A DNA stretch of 43,457 nt. Source: Escherichia phage JL1. Location: the sequence record JX865427; one strand, 5' to 3'. Of this stretch, positions 24,039 to 34,273 are shown one piece after another. A program made the position numbers and the translations under genes. How positions within the stretch are numbered: the stretch's first letter is position 1; the number at the start of each line of letters is the position of its first letter. The notes under the pieces are model-generated. The model worked only from the letters and a program-made list of their open reading frames with translations, was not told the origin of the DNA and did not search any database.

Positions 24039-25004
24039 ATGGGCGCTGGAATACTTATAGACTACAACGACGGAAGGCCGGTGATGGAGATAACCGCCGG
24101 ACTTCGCGCTCCGTCATACTGCACTACGTTTGATCAGCGCTGCCAGTCCGATAAGACGCTGACCATTAATACTCCGCTAACCCCAGGGTCGGATCTTGTC
24201 GTTGCGCTCACGCGTCCGGTAGAAGTGATTGAGGTCTTCGACCAAACGCTGGTGCTCCCGGACCCATTCTACGTTACGTCTGTACAACGTAACGGGGATA
24301 ACGGCATTATTCTACGAGGTGCGGACGCGTATAACGCATACAGTGGTCTTCCGCAATGGGCTGGGATAATTATGGAAGTGCTGCCGGTTGGGTCGCGCAA
24401 TGCGGGCTTACTGGTGGCGAACTCTACTGACTTCACCGCGATATCGAACGTATCCCGGCTAATGACCTGCCGATACGCGCAGCGCGTGCGTGTAAACGGC
24501 AGTATGCCGCTGCCGGTGGGTGGCATCCCGTTCGCGCGCTGGGATGACGGCAACGTGTCGGTAGGATTCGACGGCGGTAGTATTATCGTCCGCAACGCGT
24601 CCTATGGTGGTATTGACGATGTGGCGGCTTCGGTGGATATGGACCTGGTGATCTTCAACAATACGCCGCCAGCACCGGGGACCGGCATTACCATGACTAA
24701 CAACCAGGGCCAGGTCACGTTCTCCACTGTGAATAAGCCGTTTGTCCTCAATTCCGTAATTAATATCAGCACTGGTGGTCAGAATATTGGCAACAGCCTC
24801 GTACAGCTCTCATATACCGGCGCGCTCATTAAGAACAACAGCGGATATAACCACGTGCGAATGAACGGGATACGCATGGCGGGCAACGTGGTTAGCGCGG
24901 CACGAAATCGCGTGATCGGTAACTACTCACGGCAGCAATTCCAGATGCCTAATCGTAATGTAACCGTACCCACACCGTTACTAGTCATCCCTAACATGTA
25001 TTAG
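24039..25004 (+). CDS. hypothetical beta-rich protein
   Basis: 322 aa, G/N/T/V/S-rich without signal peptide; GGGAG RBS; co-oriented with the lipoprotein, opposite to flanking tail genes. Confidence 0.5.
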   Translation: MGAGILIDYNDGRPVMEITAGLRAPSYCTTFDQRCQSDKTLTINTPLTPGSDLVVALTRPVEVIEVFDQTLVLPDPFYVTSVQRNGDNGIILRGADAYNAYSGLPQWAGIIMEVLPVGSRNAGLLVANSTDFTAISNVSRLMTCRYAQRVRVNGSMPLPVGGIPFARWDDGNVSVGFDGGSIIVRNASYGGIDDVAASVDMDLVIFNNTPPAPGTGITMTNNQGQVTFSTVNKPFVLNSVINISTGGQNIGNSLVQLSYTGALIKNNSGYNHVRMNGIRMAGNVVSAARNRVIGNYSRQQFQMPNRNVTVPTPLLVIPNMY

Positions 25005-25027
25005 AAAGGGGCCAGATGGCCCCTTCG
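25005..25027. terminator. bidirectional hairpin terminator between convergent genes
   Basis: Stem ggggcc / ggcccc with 4-nt loop; T-rich flank on the minus strand. Confidence 0.55.
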
Positions 25028-25030
25028 CAT

Positions 25031-28000
25031 TTACCACGTCCCCACTTTCACCCTACCACCGCCAGGTAATGGCACGTTGACGCCAGTTGCGTCGATCGTA
25101 ACGGACCCGCCGGAGAATCCGAAATTACCCGTAGTCGCGAACAAGTTGCCTCGGACCGTTACGTTGTTGAACTCCGCCCCGCCATCCTTCGCGATACGCC
25201 AGCCGCTGCGACCAGGATTCCAGTTATTGGATTGCAGCGTGTCCGTGATCTGTGCGAAGTTGATGGACGCATTCTTGATGCGTGCGGTGTCAATGTACAC
25301 CTGTCCGCCGTCAACAATAAACGCGGACGAAAGCGACCCATTCGACGGGTGCATGATGTAGAACTGGTCCGCCTTGAACGCGATGCGTGATTTAACCGCG
25401 CCACCTTCCGCAACGACGGAAAGCTGCATACCGGCGTCGTAGTAAGCCCCGTTATACGTCACGCCCGCCTTAAGGCTATATGTGGCGCTGCCACCAGCAT
25501 GGTTAAACGTAGACGTCATCTTCTGCTCGATAGCGGCGGACTGCTGCCCGAACTGTGCCGCCACCTGGGTCTTGTACTCCGCCAGCGCGCCCGCTACGTC
25601 GGCAGTCGCCGTTTGTACCTGCTGGATGGCGGCTTCCTGTTCCCCGAACTTAGCGGCAACAGTTTGCTGATACTTGGCGAATGCTTGTTCGTGCGTGCTT
25701 TGCGCGGTCTGCAACGTGTGGATTGACGCCTCCGCATCATCAAGTCGTGTGCCGATCAACGTTTCCAGTTGCGCGACTGCCTTGTGGGCGTCTGCCGCCA
25801 CGTTATACGCCACCTTGATTTCCGCATAAATCCCTTTGTACTTGGCGCGGGCGTTGAATAACTGCTGGGCATCTGTGAGCATTGACTCGTAAATGCCTTG
25901 CGGGATCGTGTTAATAGCTTCCTGGAAGTGTTTACCATCCTCAGAAGTCAAGAACTCGTCATCAAGCCCCTTCATGTACTCGTCAACTTTGTCACTCACC
26001 TGGCCTTCGAACGGGGCGGACCAGTCCGACAGGTTGCCGATTTTATCCGCTACACGGGCGCGCAACTGCTGGTATATGCCGAACTCCAGCGACGTTTGCG
26101 CGTACTCCGCGCCAGGATAGGGGACGTTTGTTAAGAATTTCCATTCCGTTTCACCCGTCTTGCGCACTTCAAGCTCGGTGTATGATATATCAGTCGCAGC
26201 GTTGTTGTGGTTCCACTTCCATAGAATCTGGTGCAGACCCGAAATCGCGTTGGTGATGATTGGGGCGTTAAGCCCACCGAGGCGACCTTCCACCGGCGTG
26301 ATCGCGGAAGACACCCACGGGGACGAGATTTCGCCCATACCAATTGCGCGGACGCGTGCCTGATAGTTACCGGAGAACACGTTAGGGATGTGCGCCCCAT
26401 TCGACGCCGTGCGCGGGATATTCACCCAGTCGTTACCCCACTGGATCTCCATATTCTGCAGGCTAGTACGCCTCCACTGGATTTCATACACCACGGCATC
26501 TTTCACCGGCGGGAAAACAATATCCACGTTGGTGATTAGCTGGCCTTGCGATGAGATCTGCGACGGGGTGATGGTAACGGATTCCGGCCCCTTCATTACA
26601 CCGTCTGGCACTTGCGTAAAGATGCCTGGGTCTAGTCGTGCGCCATTATCAACGGCATCATACTTGCTATCGTTGTATTCAATCCCGCGCACCGAGAAAG
26701 TGCTGGTAGAGTCGTCATATTCCAGATCGGTGATGCGGAATTTCTGCAACTGGATATCATCGCCGTCAACGCAAAACGGTTGGTCTGGAATCGGGTCGGC
26801 ATCCAGTGCGGTTTTTAGCGTGACCTTGTTGCCGTTGACGCTGGCGATCTCGCGAGTCTCCACATTTCCGCTATCGGTGCGCACCAGGAACTTATCACCA
26901 GGGCGGAATGTGATTTCGCTGTCCGTGTTCAGCACGGTACGCGTTCCTGGGTCCGACAACAGGCGACCGCCGCGAGTCTCGAATCCGCCAGAAATGTTTG
27001 TATCCGCGATCGCGACTACGCTACCAGGAATAAAGAATAACCCTTCCATGCCCACCTTAAAACTAACTTGCTGGTCAAGCTGGTTGGATATTAGCGCCCA
27101 ATGCCCGCGGCGTTGCGCTTCGGATTCGCGCGTACAGCCGATCGCCGTAATATCAAGACGGTTAATCTTATGGCGGCGTACCAGTTCAACACGTTGGCCC
27201 GTTGCGATGGCGTCATCGTAGTGGTTTTTCGGATTGCCGTATGCTACCGCGAATGTGGAATAGCGAGTTTTCTGGCTGCCAGATGCGTAGTCGAATCGCC
27301 CATCAATAACAGATGCGTTGGTGATAGTGTGCGACACTGCTGCGACCGGTTGGTCACTGACGATATTCAACATCTGGTTGCCCCACCAGGTCATTCCGGC
27401 GAAGATGGCGGCCAAATCCTTAAGCACGGTCCAGGCATCCGTCTGTGACTGAATGTACATATCATTCTTAAAGCGGATTTCTCGACCACCGTTGCCGTCG
27501 CTGACCAACTGATCGCAGCGCTGCGCGATCTGGTAGAGCGCGTACCGGTTTAACATTTGCGGTTTGATACGCCGACCGAGGCCGAAGCGCTCAGTAATAC
27601 AAATATCGTACCAGTGCCACGCAGGGTTATCCGTCCATGCGCGTTTAAACGTGCCGTCCCAGTCCCCGGAATAAGTATGATTAATCGGGTCGTAGTTGTT
27701 CGGTATTAGAACTTTGCGGCCTTTGCACTTGATGGACACGCGCGGGATGTTCTGGAACGCTTTGGCGTCGAACTCCACAAACAACAGCGCGGTTAGCGGG
27801 TAACGCAGGCGGGCGTCGATAATCTCAGTGATGGACTGCACCTGGATATCATTAACCACTTTCGCCGATGTGGAGTCTGCCGTTATGCGGTGCACCTCCA
27901 CGCGCCAGCCGGTGTTAACGTTCGGCGGTAGCTCGATGCGGTGATCGCGCTCGTATAGCGACATTGTTTTACCAACGGCAGCGAAGGTAAACTCACGCGG

Positions 28001-28477
28001 GTCGGCGTTATCCGTATACACAACGATCTTATAGTCGATGCGCCCACCCACCAGGTCGCCATTATCTTCGTTTGTGTACAGGGCCGGAATGCCGATGCGA
28101 ATGCGCACGGCGTCCAGACTGGTATCGTTAATCTGGCGTACCCACGGCGTGCCGTTTTCCAGTTTTACGCCAACAGATTGCTCACTTTCCACCGCTGAAA
28201 ATCCGTGGATCACATCCTGGTGCTGTGTGCCGGGGCGGAACTCCACACGCGCGCCTGGGAAGTTTTCAGACAGGTCTGCATTCTGGATCGGTGTTCCGTC
28301 CAGATATACGCGCCGCCGTAATTCGTTAGGGTCTGGAATACCTTCGAACTCACCTTCTCCCAGCGCAAGCAAGATGCGGATTTTAGCCAGCGAATGCAGG
28401 CTATCGGGCGTCTCCTGTGGGGTGTGCTGTTTGCCGCCGCCGCCTTTATGCCCTGTGACGTCGTAGATAATCGTCAT
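25031..28477 (-). CDS. tail tip / host specificity protein (lambda J-like)
   Basis: 1148 aa; N-terminus with GGGGK...PDSLHSLAKIRILLALGEGEFEG, characteristic of J-family central tail fibers. Confidence 0.88.
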   Translation of the reverse strand: MTIIYDVTGHKGGGGKQHTPQETPDSLHSLAKIRILLALGEGEFEGIPDPNELRRRVYLDGTPIQNADLSENFPGARVEFRPGTQHQDVIHGFSAVESEQSVGVKLENGTPWVRQINDTSLDAVRIRIGIPALYTNEDNGDLVGGRIDYKIVVYTDNADPREFTFAAVGKTMSLYERDHRIELPPNVNTGWRVEVHRITADSTSAKVVNDIQVQSITEIIDARLRYPLTALLFVEFDAKAFQNIPRVSIKCKGRKVLIPNNYDPINHTYSGDWDGTFKRAWTDNPAWHWYDICITERFGLGRRIKPQMLNRYALYQIAQRCDQLVSDGNGGREIRFKNDMYIQSQTDAWTVLKDLAAIFAGMTWWGNQMLNIVSDQPVAAVSHTITNASVIDGRFDYASGSQKTRYSTFAVAYGNPKNHYDDAIATGQRVELVRRHKINRLDITAIGCTRESEAQRRGHWALISNQLDQQVSFKVGMEGLFFIPGSVVAIADTNISGGFETRGGRLLSDPGTRTVLNTDSEITFRPGDKFLVRTDSGNVETREIASVNGNKVTLKTALDADPIPDQPFCVDGDDIQLQKFRITDLEYDDSTSTFSVRGIEYNDSKYDAVDNGARLDPGIFTQVPDGVMKGPESVTITPSQISSQGQLITNVDIVFPPVKDAVVYEIQWRRTSLQNMEIQWGNDWVNIPRTASNGAHIPNVFSGNYQARVRAIGMGEISSPWVSSAITPVEGRLGGLNAPIITNAISGLHQILWKWNHNNAATDISYTELEVRKTGETEWKFLTNVPYPGAEYAQTSLEFGIYQQLRARVADKIGNLSDWSAPFEGQVSDKVDEYMKGLDDEFLTSEDGKHFQEAINTIPQGIYESMLTDAQQLFNARAKYKGIYAEIKVAYNVAADAHKAVAQLETLIGTRLDDAEASIHTLQTAQSTHEQAFAKYQQTVAAKFGEQEAAIQQVQTATADVAGALAEYKTQVAAQFGQQSAAIEQKMTSTFNHAGGSATYSLKAGVTYNGAYYDAGMQLSVVAEGGAVKSRIAFKADQFYIMHPSNGSLSSAFIVDGGQVYIDTARIKNASINFAQITDTLQSNNWNPGRSGWRIAKDGGAEFNNVTVRGNLFATTGNFGFSGGSVTIDATGVNVPLPGGGRVKVGTW

Positions 28478-29091
28478 TCGTTCAAGTCCTCGGTTACGAT
28501 TCCGGCTGAAATAATAGCGCCGCCGATCTCACGCTCTCCCCATAATACACCAAGTGCCGTGCCTTGCGCGGTAGTGTTTACGGGGCCGCCGAACGCATAC
28601 GACGCCTTGTTATCCACGTCCTGCCTTGTCTGCAATCCTTTCGGTTGTGGCGACAGCAATTGCATAACGCCACCCAGCGCCATCGACATCCCGAACGAAA
28701 AGGTCGCCGTTCCGATAGCGGCAGCGGTTGAAGCCGAAGCCCCGAAAGCGGCAGTAGCAAGTCCGCCCGTATAGAACGACGCCACTACGATCGCTACACC
28801 CGCCAGCAATTGTCCCAACCCTCTTTTTGCGCCAGTCATAACCGGCGCGATGGTAACGACGCGGTTGCCGTGGAACTCGCCTAGCTCATCATAGCCGGTC
28901 ATTGTGTGGTCGCCTTTGCGCACCTTGAACATCATGTTGTCCAGGTGGGCGGACATTAAAAAGTCTTGTAACCCTGGCAACTTCACACACAAGCCGGTGA
29001 TTCCTTCGCCCGGTGTGAAGCAGTCCAGCTTATGCACTTTGCCGAATCGACGCCCTAAGACGCCGTACAATTTAAACGTGGTCATTGCCAT
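28474..29091 (-). CDS. tail assembly protein (lambda I-like)
   Basis: 205 aa with Gly/Ala-rich hydrophobic C-terminal half; between K-like and J-like genes. Confidence 0.75.
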   Translation of the reverse strand: MAMTTFKLYGVLGRRFGKVHKLDCFTPGEGITGLCVKLPGLQDFLMSAHLDNMMFKVRKGDHTMTGYDELGEFHGNRVVTIAPVMTGAKRGLGQLLAGVAIVVASFYTGGLATAAFGASASTAAAIGTATFSFGMSMALGGVMQLLSPQPKGLQTRQDVDNKASYAFGGPVNTTAQGTALGVLWGEREIGGAIISAGIVTEDLNE

Positions 29092-29822
29092 TCTGTGATA
29101 TTCCCCGGTAGGTCTTTATGACGTACCCATTTAACCACATTGTCGCGGAAAAATCCTGCCCGGAAGGGGACTACGCTCGACAGACTGCCGTAGATATGGT
29201 GTAGTAGTTGGTTGCCCGGAAGGAATATCCCTGCGTGGTTTGGCACTGGTGCGCTAATCTGCATGATGACCATTGCCCCCGGCGTATTCTCCTCACACTC
29301 CCTGAAGCCCGCGCCGTACCAATTATCCATATACAGGTTTTCGCCTGTCTCCCACCAGTTATACGGCACGCGGAAGTCTGGCAGGTTTACTCCCTGCTTT
29401 TTGTGCCAGTCCATGACGAGGCCGTAACAATCCGTAATTCCGAGAACAAATCGGCGGCCTACCAGCGGCGGGTCTTCAGGGTCGATCTCGATAAAGTCGC
29501 CATATTCGTTAGTGATGGTCCAGACTACGCCGCTGCTGTTGCATCCGTTAACGTCGCCCAGCGAGGGGGTAAGCTCTCGCTGGCCTGGATGCGAGTGGAC
29601 TACGCGCACGACGTCGCCCATATCCTCGGCATCCATCCAGGCCATATCGCTAATCGTGAATGCGTCTTTACGTGAACGCACGCCGGTAGGGTCTTCGAAT
29701 ACGTTCATGCACGGGACAAATACTTGTTTGCGGCCCACCATGACGACCAGCCCACAGGCTTCTTCCGGCAGACATGCCGCAACGTGCGCGGCGATATCGC
29801 TTTTAACCTTTTTCGTTAACAT
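29082..29822 (-). CDS. tail assembly protein (lambda K-like; JAB/MPN + NlpC/P60)
   Basis: HSHPG metal-binding motif followed by S..D; C-terminal Cys/His region. Confidence 0.8.
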   Translation of the reverse strand: MLTKKVKSDIAAHVAACLPEEACGLVVMVGRKQVFVPCMNVFEDPTGVRSRKDAFTISDMAWMDAEDMGDVVRVVHSHPGQRELTPSLGDVNGCNSSGVVWTITNEYGDFIEIDPEDPPLVGRRFVLGITDCYGLVMDWHKKQGVNLPDFRVPYNWWETGENLYMDNWYGAGFRECEENTPGAMVIMQISAPVPNHAGIFLPGNQLLHHIYGSLSSVVPFRAGFFRDNVVKWVRHKDLPGNITEWQ

Positions 29823-29824
29823 GG

Positions 29825-30613
29825 TTACCCCTTAATCAATTTGGACCCAGGAAAACCACCGAAGTCCAGCACCGCAGCTTTCGGGTCGGCAAGCCCCTGG
29901 CCAAAACGAAGATAACAGTCAGACAAACAGCCGCCACATCGGTCCATATTCATCGCTATGACTTCGTTCCCTCGTTCGTCGTAATACTTGATGCCAGGCT
30001 TCGCAAGGTTCCATGTGCACCCGTCACCGCTGGCGTACTTCCCGTTGAGCGCCCATTCGCACATATTCATGATTTGGCGACGGGGAACGACCTGCCCTTC
30101 CATATCCGCAGGTGAGGATAGTGCGAAGGTGATTTGCTTGCCAGGATTGCGCCCGACCTGCGAGTCGATGTAATACTCCTGAACTCGTTTCTGCGTCGGG
30201 TCTGGATCTGTCCCGTTGTCCAGGAACTTCGCGAACGTGTCGATTATTTCAACCTTTGCGCCCAGTAGCTGGTCGTGATTCAGCGACAGCCGGGTTATTA
30301 TGCCGCCAATATCGACGATTGTTAGTTGCGGTTCCGCTGCCGTTGACGTGGAGAAGTTGAGGCCGGACAAATCAAAGGGCCAAAATTCGAACTCCTGCCC
30401 GCCGAAGAAGATGGATTTAGGCTTCAGCTTGTCCTCGTCACCCCCAGCGGCAGCAATATCCTCGGCAGTGTGTGGGATAAAGCAGTAATGAAAATAGTGG
30501 TGGCCCGCGCCGATCGCACCGTCTCCTGGTTCCACGTCCTGCGCGTCAATGTGAATCAGGCGAACGCGGCCCGATGGGTCAAAGCGCGTCGCCTCACGAT
30601 ATAATTTATTCAT
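29825..30613 (-). CDS. minor tail protein (lambda L-like)
   Basis: 262 aa; C-terminal cysteine cluster CGGCLSDC; gene order. Confidence 0.8.
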   Translation of the reverse strand: MNKLYREATRFDPSGRVRLIHIDAQDVEPGDGAIGAGHHYFHYCFIPHTAEDIAAAGGDEDKLKPKSIFFGGQEFEFWPFDLSGLNFSTSTAAEPQLTIVDIGGIITRLSLNHDQLLGAKVEIIDTFAKFLDNGTDPDPTQKRVQEYYIDSQVGRNPGKQITFALSSPADMEGQVVPRRQIMNMCEWALNGKYASGDGCTWNLAKPGIKYYDERGNEVIAMNMDRCGGCLSDCYLRFGQGLADPKAAVLDFGGFPGSKLIKG

Positions 30614-31209
30614 CTTACAAACCCGATAGCAGTCTTAAGGGTGGCGGATACCGTTGCCGTGTAGTGTCCGTTGTCAGTGTACGACAAGCTCGAGCGCTCG
30701 ACCACGAATAAACCTGTTTCGCCATCCGGCGCGGTGACGATGAACGGTTTTACGAAGTGCCCGCGAAGGAAGTTGTAAACCAGTTTAGGGTTGCACCACT
30801 TGTCGGTAGTCAGTCCTATGAATTGCACGGGGAACTGTTTCGTTTCGGCGTTCGGGCCGTCCGCAATGTTCTGTCCGTAACCGTTACCGAATTGCAATTC
30901 CTCGGACCGGAAAGCCAACTGCACGTCTCCGCCGCCTTGCAATTGCATGTGCCAGTAATAGGGCCATTCGTTTGATCGCGGGTCGTGTGCTTCGATTAGC
31001 TCATATACCGCACCGGATTTCGTTGGACCGGCCCAGTTATCCACCAGAGTGATGACGGTGTTAGAGTTGAATGCCGCAATTTTTCCGGTGTAGTCGTTGC
31101 CGTCGATGCGGGCGAATACGCGTACCTTCCCGACCTCGCTCAAGAACGCCGTTCCCGCGCCCGTGACGGTCTTACTTCCGTTCGTTAGTGTGATTGTACC
31201 TTGTGCCAT
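30610..31209 (-). CDS. minor tail protein in the M position, with a fiber-like N-terminal motif
   Basis: Follows tape measure; N-terminus MAQGTITLTNGSKTVTGAGTAF parallels the tail fiber N-terminus. Confidence 0.55.
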   Translation of the reverse strand: MAQGTITLTNGSKTVTGAGTAFLSEVGKVRVFARIDGNDYTGKIAAFNSNTVITLVDNWAGPTKSGAVYELIEAHDPRSNEWPYYWHMQLQGGGDVQLAFRSEELQFGNGYGQNIADGPNAETKQFPVQFIGLTTDKWCNPKLVYNFLRGHFVKPFIVTAPDGETGLFVVERSSLSYTDNGHYTATVSATLKTAIGFVR

Positions 31210-31245
31210 AGAAAATCCCCCACGATGGATGTGGGGGCCATTTTA

Positions 31246-33888
31246 TCATCGTTTGTAAAGTACACCACCCGGTTTCGTCGCCTTCACGATCTCGGCCTTC
31301 ACCGCCTCGGTGATTTGCTTGCCGAACGCCTGCGCGGTACGTGGGTCCGGCCCGCCAACACTGGTATCCGTCTTACCGGTCCCCGTGTAAACGTTAGTCG
31401 TCACGACCATACCACCGCCTGCGCCAGACGCGGCAACGCCCAGTTTCCCGTCCGGCCCGCGCTTCAGTGGCATGATGGCCTCGGGTCCAGCCTCACCCAT
31501 CAACCCAGCGCCCTTAGCGAACGCCTGGACGCCATAACTGAAAAAGGTAGGCTGGCTTACCACTTTCCCCGAATAGGCCGCGAGATTGCCTCCTGCGTAC
31601 GCTCCGCCGTCCGCATTCTTAGTAAGGCCAGAGAAGATAGCGCCGAACAATCCGTTTTTGCCGCCGTCACCACCGAAAGCGCTAACGATGGACTTGAACG
31701 CCTGCGAGGTAGCCAGCTTGATTAATTCGCTCAGGATGGACTTAACCATATCCTTTGCGTTCAGCTTGCCAGTCTCGAAAAACTCGTTCATCGTGTCCTG
31801 CATAGCGCTGAATGTGAATTTCGTGAGAGACGCCATCTGCGTATATCCGTTACCCATCTCATCCACGCTATCCTTAAGCCCGCGACTGAATCCATCCCAT
31901 AACGAGGCGTTAGCGCCGGTCTGTGCTTCCTGCACTTCTCGCAGCTTAGACACCGCCTTGTCAATATCGGTATCGTTAGCGCCTACACGCTTCAGGCGGT
32001 CGATTAGCTGCAATTCTTCGCGCAGGTTTGCCGCTTCGCGAGTGGAAAGCGCATAGCCCGCGGCGGTGGCTTTTAGTTCGGCGTTCTGGTTCTTAACGAA
32101 GGCATCGATCTGCGCGTGCGCCTTAACCTGCTTCTCTTTCGCGTCCAGCAATTTGGCTTCTTCGACGATCTGCTCGCGGACTTCCTTCACGCGCCCGAAC
32201 TCGACTAATTGCTGCTTTTCGGCTGCCGTTAGCGCTCTTTCTTTGCTTGCGGCGATTAACTGCTCATTGTCGGCGATCAGCTTGTTTAAGGCCGCTTGCG
32301 CGCGTTGCGTGCGTGTCTGCGTAGACGCGTTGGCTTCGATCTGCTTGCCGGATTCTCGAAGCTGGGCCAGTTCGCTCCGTGCGACTTCCAGCATTTTCAT
32401 ACCGGCATCCACGCGAACAGCCGCGGCCTTCTTCGGGGCCGGGTCTTTGTAACGCTCGTTTACCTGCTTAACCGCCTCGGCAAGCTCTTTCTCATCAATA
32501 ACGCCGCGCTTATTCAGCAAATTGAGGCGGGCGATCTCGTCGGCGCGCTTCTTCGCGTTAGTTGCGTACTCCTTTTCAAACGCGGCGCGGTCGCGGGCGG
32601 TGCGGTTGGCCTCCTCGTTCGCCTTTGCGGATTCATCTGCGGCGCGGGCGTTGTCTCGCTCCGCACGGTTACGCAGGGTGAGCGACGCCACTACCTTTTC
32701 CTGGGCGACCAGTTCGCTGTAAAGCATGTTAATACGTGCTTTCTGCGCTTCAGTCATTACCCCACCGGCAGCGTTTACCGCTTTCATCTCGGCATAGTAA
32801 GCCGTGGTCATGCGCTGGAGTGATTCGCGCGCTTTCATCTCGGACTCATTGGAGGACTGCGCGCGACCCACATCCAGGATAGCGTCCCACATTGATTTAG
32901 CTGCCGATGTGACGACGTTCATAGACCGCTCAAGCGTACCCATGTTCGCCTTGATCTCATTGGTCATGCTGGTGAACGACGCAGCGGCTGTTTTGTTAGC
33001 CAACGCAACTGCGTCTGTCTCACGACCCGCATCAACCAGCGACTGTACCTGCTGGATCTGCGCTTCGTTTACGACGTGATACTTATCCGCCAGTGCGCGC
33101 AAGCCGCCTACCGGGTCGGTTGACAGCTTCGCCACCGCCGCCACCACATCCTCGATCGGCTGGCTGGACACCTTCGCAAAGTCATTCACTACCTTAGCCA
33201 ATGCGCCAAAGTCACCACCCGCTTTCACACCCGCCGCCGCCAGCGCCTGGATTGTGTCACGCGTCTTGCGAAATGACCCGCCCATGCGCTCGGCGTTCTC
33301 GGACAGCACAAGGATCTGGTTAGCTGTCAGGCCTGAAATATTACCGGACAGCGCCAGCGTCTTATTAAGCGCCGCCACCTGGTTCTCTGCGCGGGTCGTA
33401 ATTGCCACCCCTACGCCGAGCGTTGCCGTTAATGCAGCGATGCCAATCCCTAACGGGCCGAGTGTGCCGACGACATAATGCAGCGTGTTTCCCAGTCCGC
33501 CAAACGCCCCAGTAAGCTGCGGTAGCTGCTGAAGCATAACGCGGTGCACCGGCATACCCATCTCAAGCGTAACCGCGATATCCTGTAACTGGAATGCGGC
33601 GTTCCGCGATGCGAATCCCAGGTTCTTGGTCGACATGCCTAATCGGCTGGCTAGTCGCTCCTGTTTCGTCATGCCGTCGGCGGCGCGCTGCGATTCAGTC
33701 GCTAACTTTTCCATTCCGCCCGCGGCGTCGCCAGTAACCTTTTTCGACTTGCCGAGGGTGTCGTTTAATTTTTTGACTTTCTGTTCTGTGTTCTCGGATT
33801 TCTGCGCAAATGTGTCCAGCACAGTATTCGCCGTTTTAATTTGCGCGACGTCCGCCTTGAGCGTGATGCCCGCTGCCTGATCTGCCAT
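31246..33888 (-). CDS. tail tape measure protein
   Basis: 880 aa, long alpha-helical A/K/E/Q-rich middle, Gly-rich hydrophobic segments; position. Confidence 0.9.
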   Translation of the reverse strand: MADQAAGITLKADVAQIKTANTVLDTFAQKSENTEQKVKKLNDTLGKSKKVTGDAAGGMEKLATESQRAADGMTKQERLASRLGMSTKNLGFASRNAAFQLQDIAVTLEMGMPVHRVMLQQLPQLTGAFGGLGNTLHYVVGTLGPLGIGIAALTATLGVGVAITTRAENQVAALNKTLALSGNISGLTANQILVLSENAERMGGSFRKTRDTIQALAAAGVKAGGDFGALAKVVNDFAKVSSQPIEDVVAAVAKLSTDPVGGLRALADKYHVVNEAQIQQVQSLVDAGRETDAVALANKTAAASFTSMTNEIKANMGTLERSMNVVTSAAKSMWDAILDVGRAQSSNESEMKARESLQRMTTAYYAEMKAVNAAGGVMTEAQKARINMLYSELVAQEKVVASLTLRNRAERDNARAADESAKANEEANRTARDRAAFEKEYATNAKKRADEIARLNLLNKRGVIDEKELAEAVKQVNERYKDPAPKKAAAVRVDAGMKMLEVARSELAQLRESGKQIEANASTQTRTQRAQAALNKLIADNEQLIAASKERALTAAEKQQLVEFGRVKEVREQIVEEAKLLDAKEKQVKAHAQIDAFVKNQNAELKATAAGYALSTREAANLREELQLIDRLKRVGANDTDIDKAVSKLREVQEAQTGANASLWDGFSRGLKDSVDEMGNGYTQMASLTKFTFSAMQDTMNEFFETGKLNAKDMVKSILSELIKLATSQAFKSIVSAFGGDGGKNGLFGAIFSGLTKNADGGAYAGGNLAAYSGKVVSQPTFFSYGVQAFAKGAGLMGEAGPEAIMPLKRGPDGKLGVAASGAGGGMVVTTNVYTGTGKTDTSVGGPDPRTAQAFGKQITEAVKAEIVKATKPGGVLYKR

Positions 33889-33949
33889 TATGCAGTCCCC
33901 CTTTTTATGCAGTTGCCGTCGGTCATTGTATCAGCGAATTTAAAACAAA

Positions 33950-34270
33950 CCTTATTCAGTCTCAGACGAGGGGGGTGACAGACCCCCCGTCTAGTCTGAA
34001 AGACTGGGCTTTGTCCCGCCTGTCCCGATCGGCTAAAACCCGCGGCAGCACTGGCGGGGACAGGGGTGCTGTCCCGCTTTGTCCCGCCCAATTCTGTCCC
34101 GCTTTTTGTCCCGTTTGTTTTATGCACGAAAATCGAATAGATATTCACATTTTGGGGGCGGGACAAAGCGGGACAGCACCCCTGTCCCGCTTTTAATTTA
34201 TGCAATGAAAGTGAGTATATATGCGGTTTAGTGGTGGCGGGACAAAACGGGACGTCCCGCCTGTCCCGCT
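33950..34270. repeat. structured iteron element, copy B (52-bp hairpin module + ~14 TGTCCCGC octamers)
   Basis: 52 nt identical to 6613-6664 plus homologous octamer array; extra inverted octamers; fills the ~385-bp gap between the GT stop and the tape measure start. Confidence 0.8.
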
Positions 34271-34273
34271 CCG

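Noticed and set aside
26388-27221. 277-aa plus-strand ORF inside the J-like gene (and similar antisense ORFs inside the primase, tape measure and portal genes)
   Set aside because: These are antisense shadows of long GC-rich genes, with no RBS or independent signals; the sense-strand genes have clear family hallmarks.
33888-34205. 105-aa minus-strand ORF spanning iteron element B
   Set aside because: Same reasoning: the frame is open only because of GC-rich repeats, and the region is better explained as a cis-acting element.
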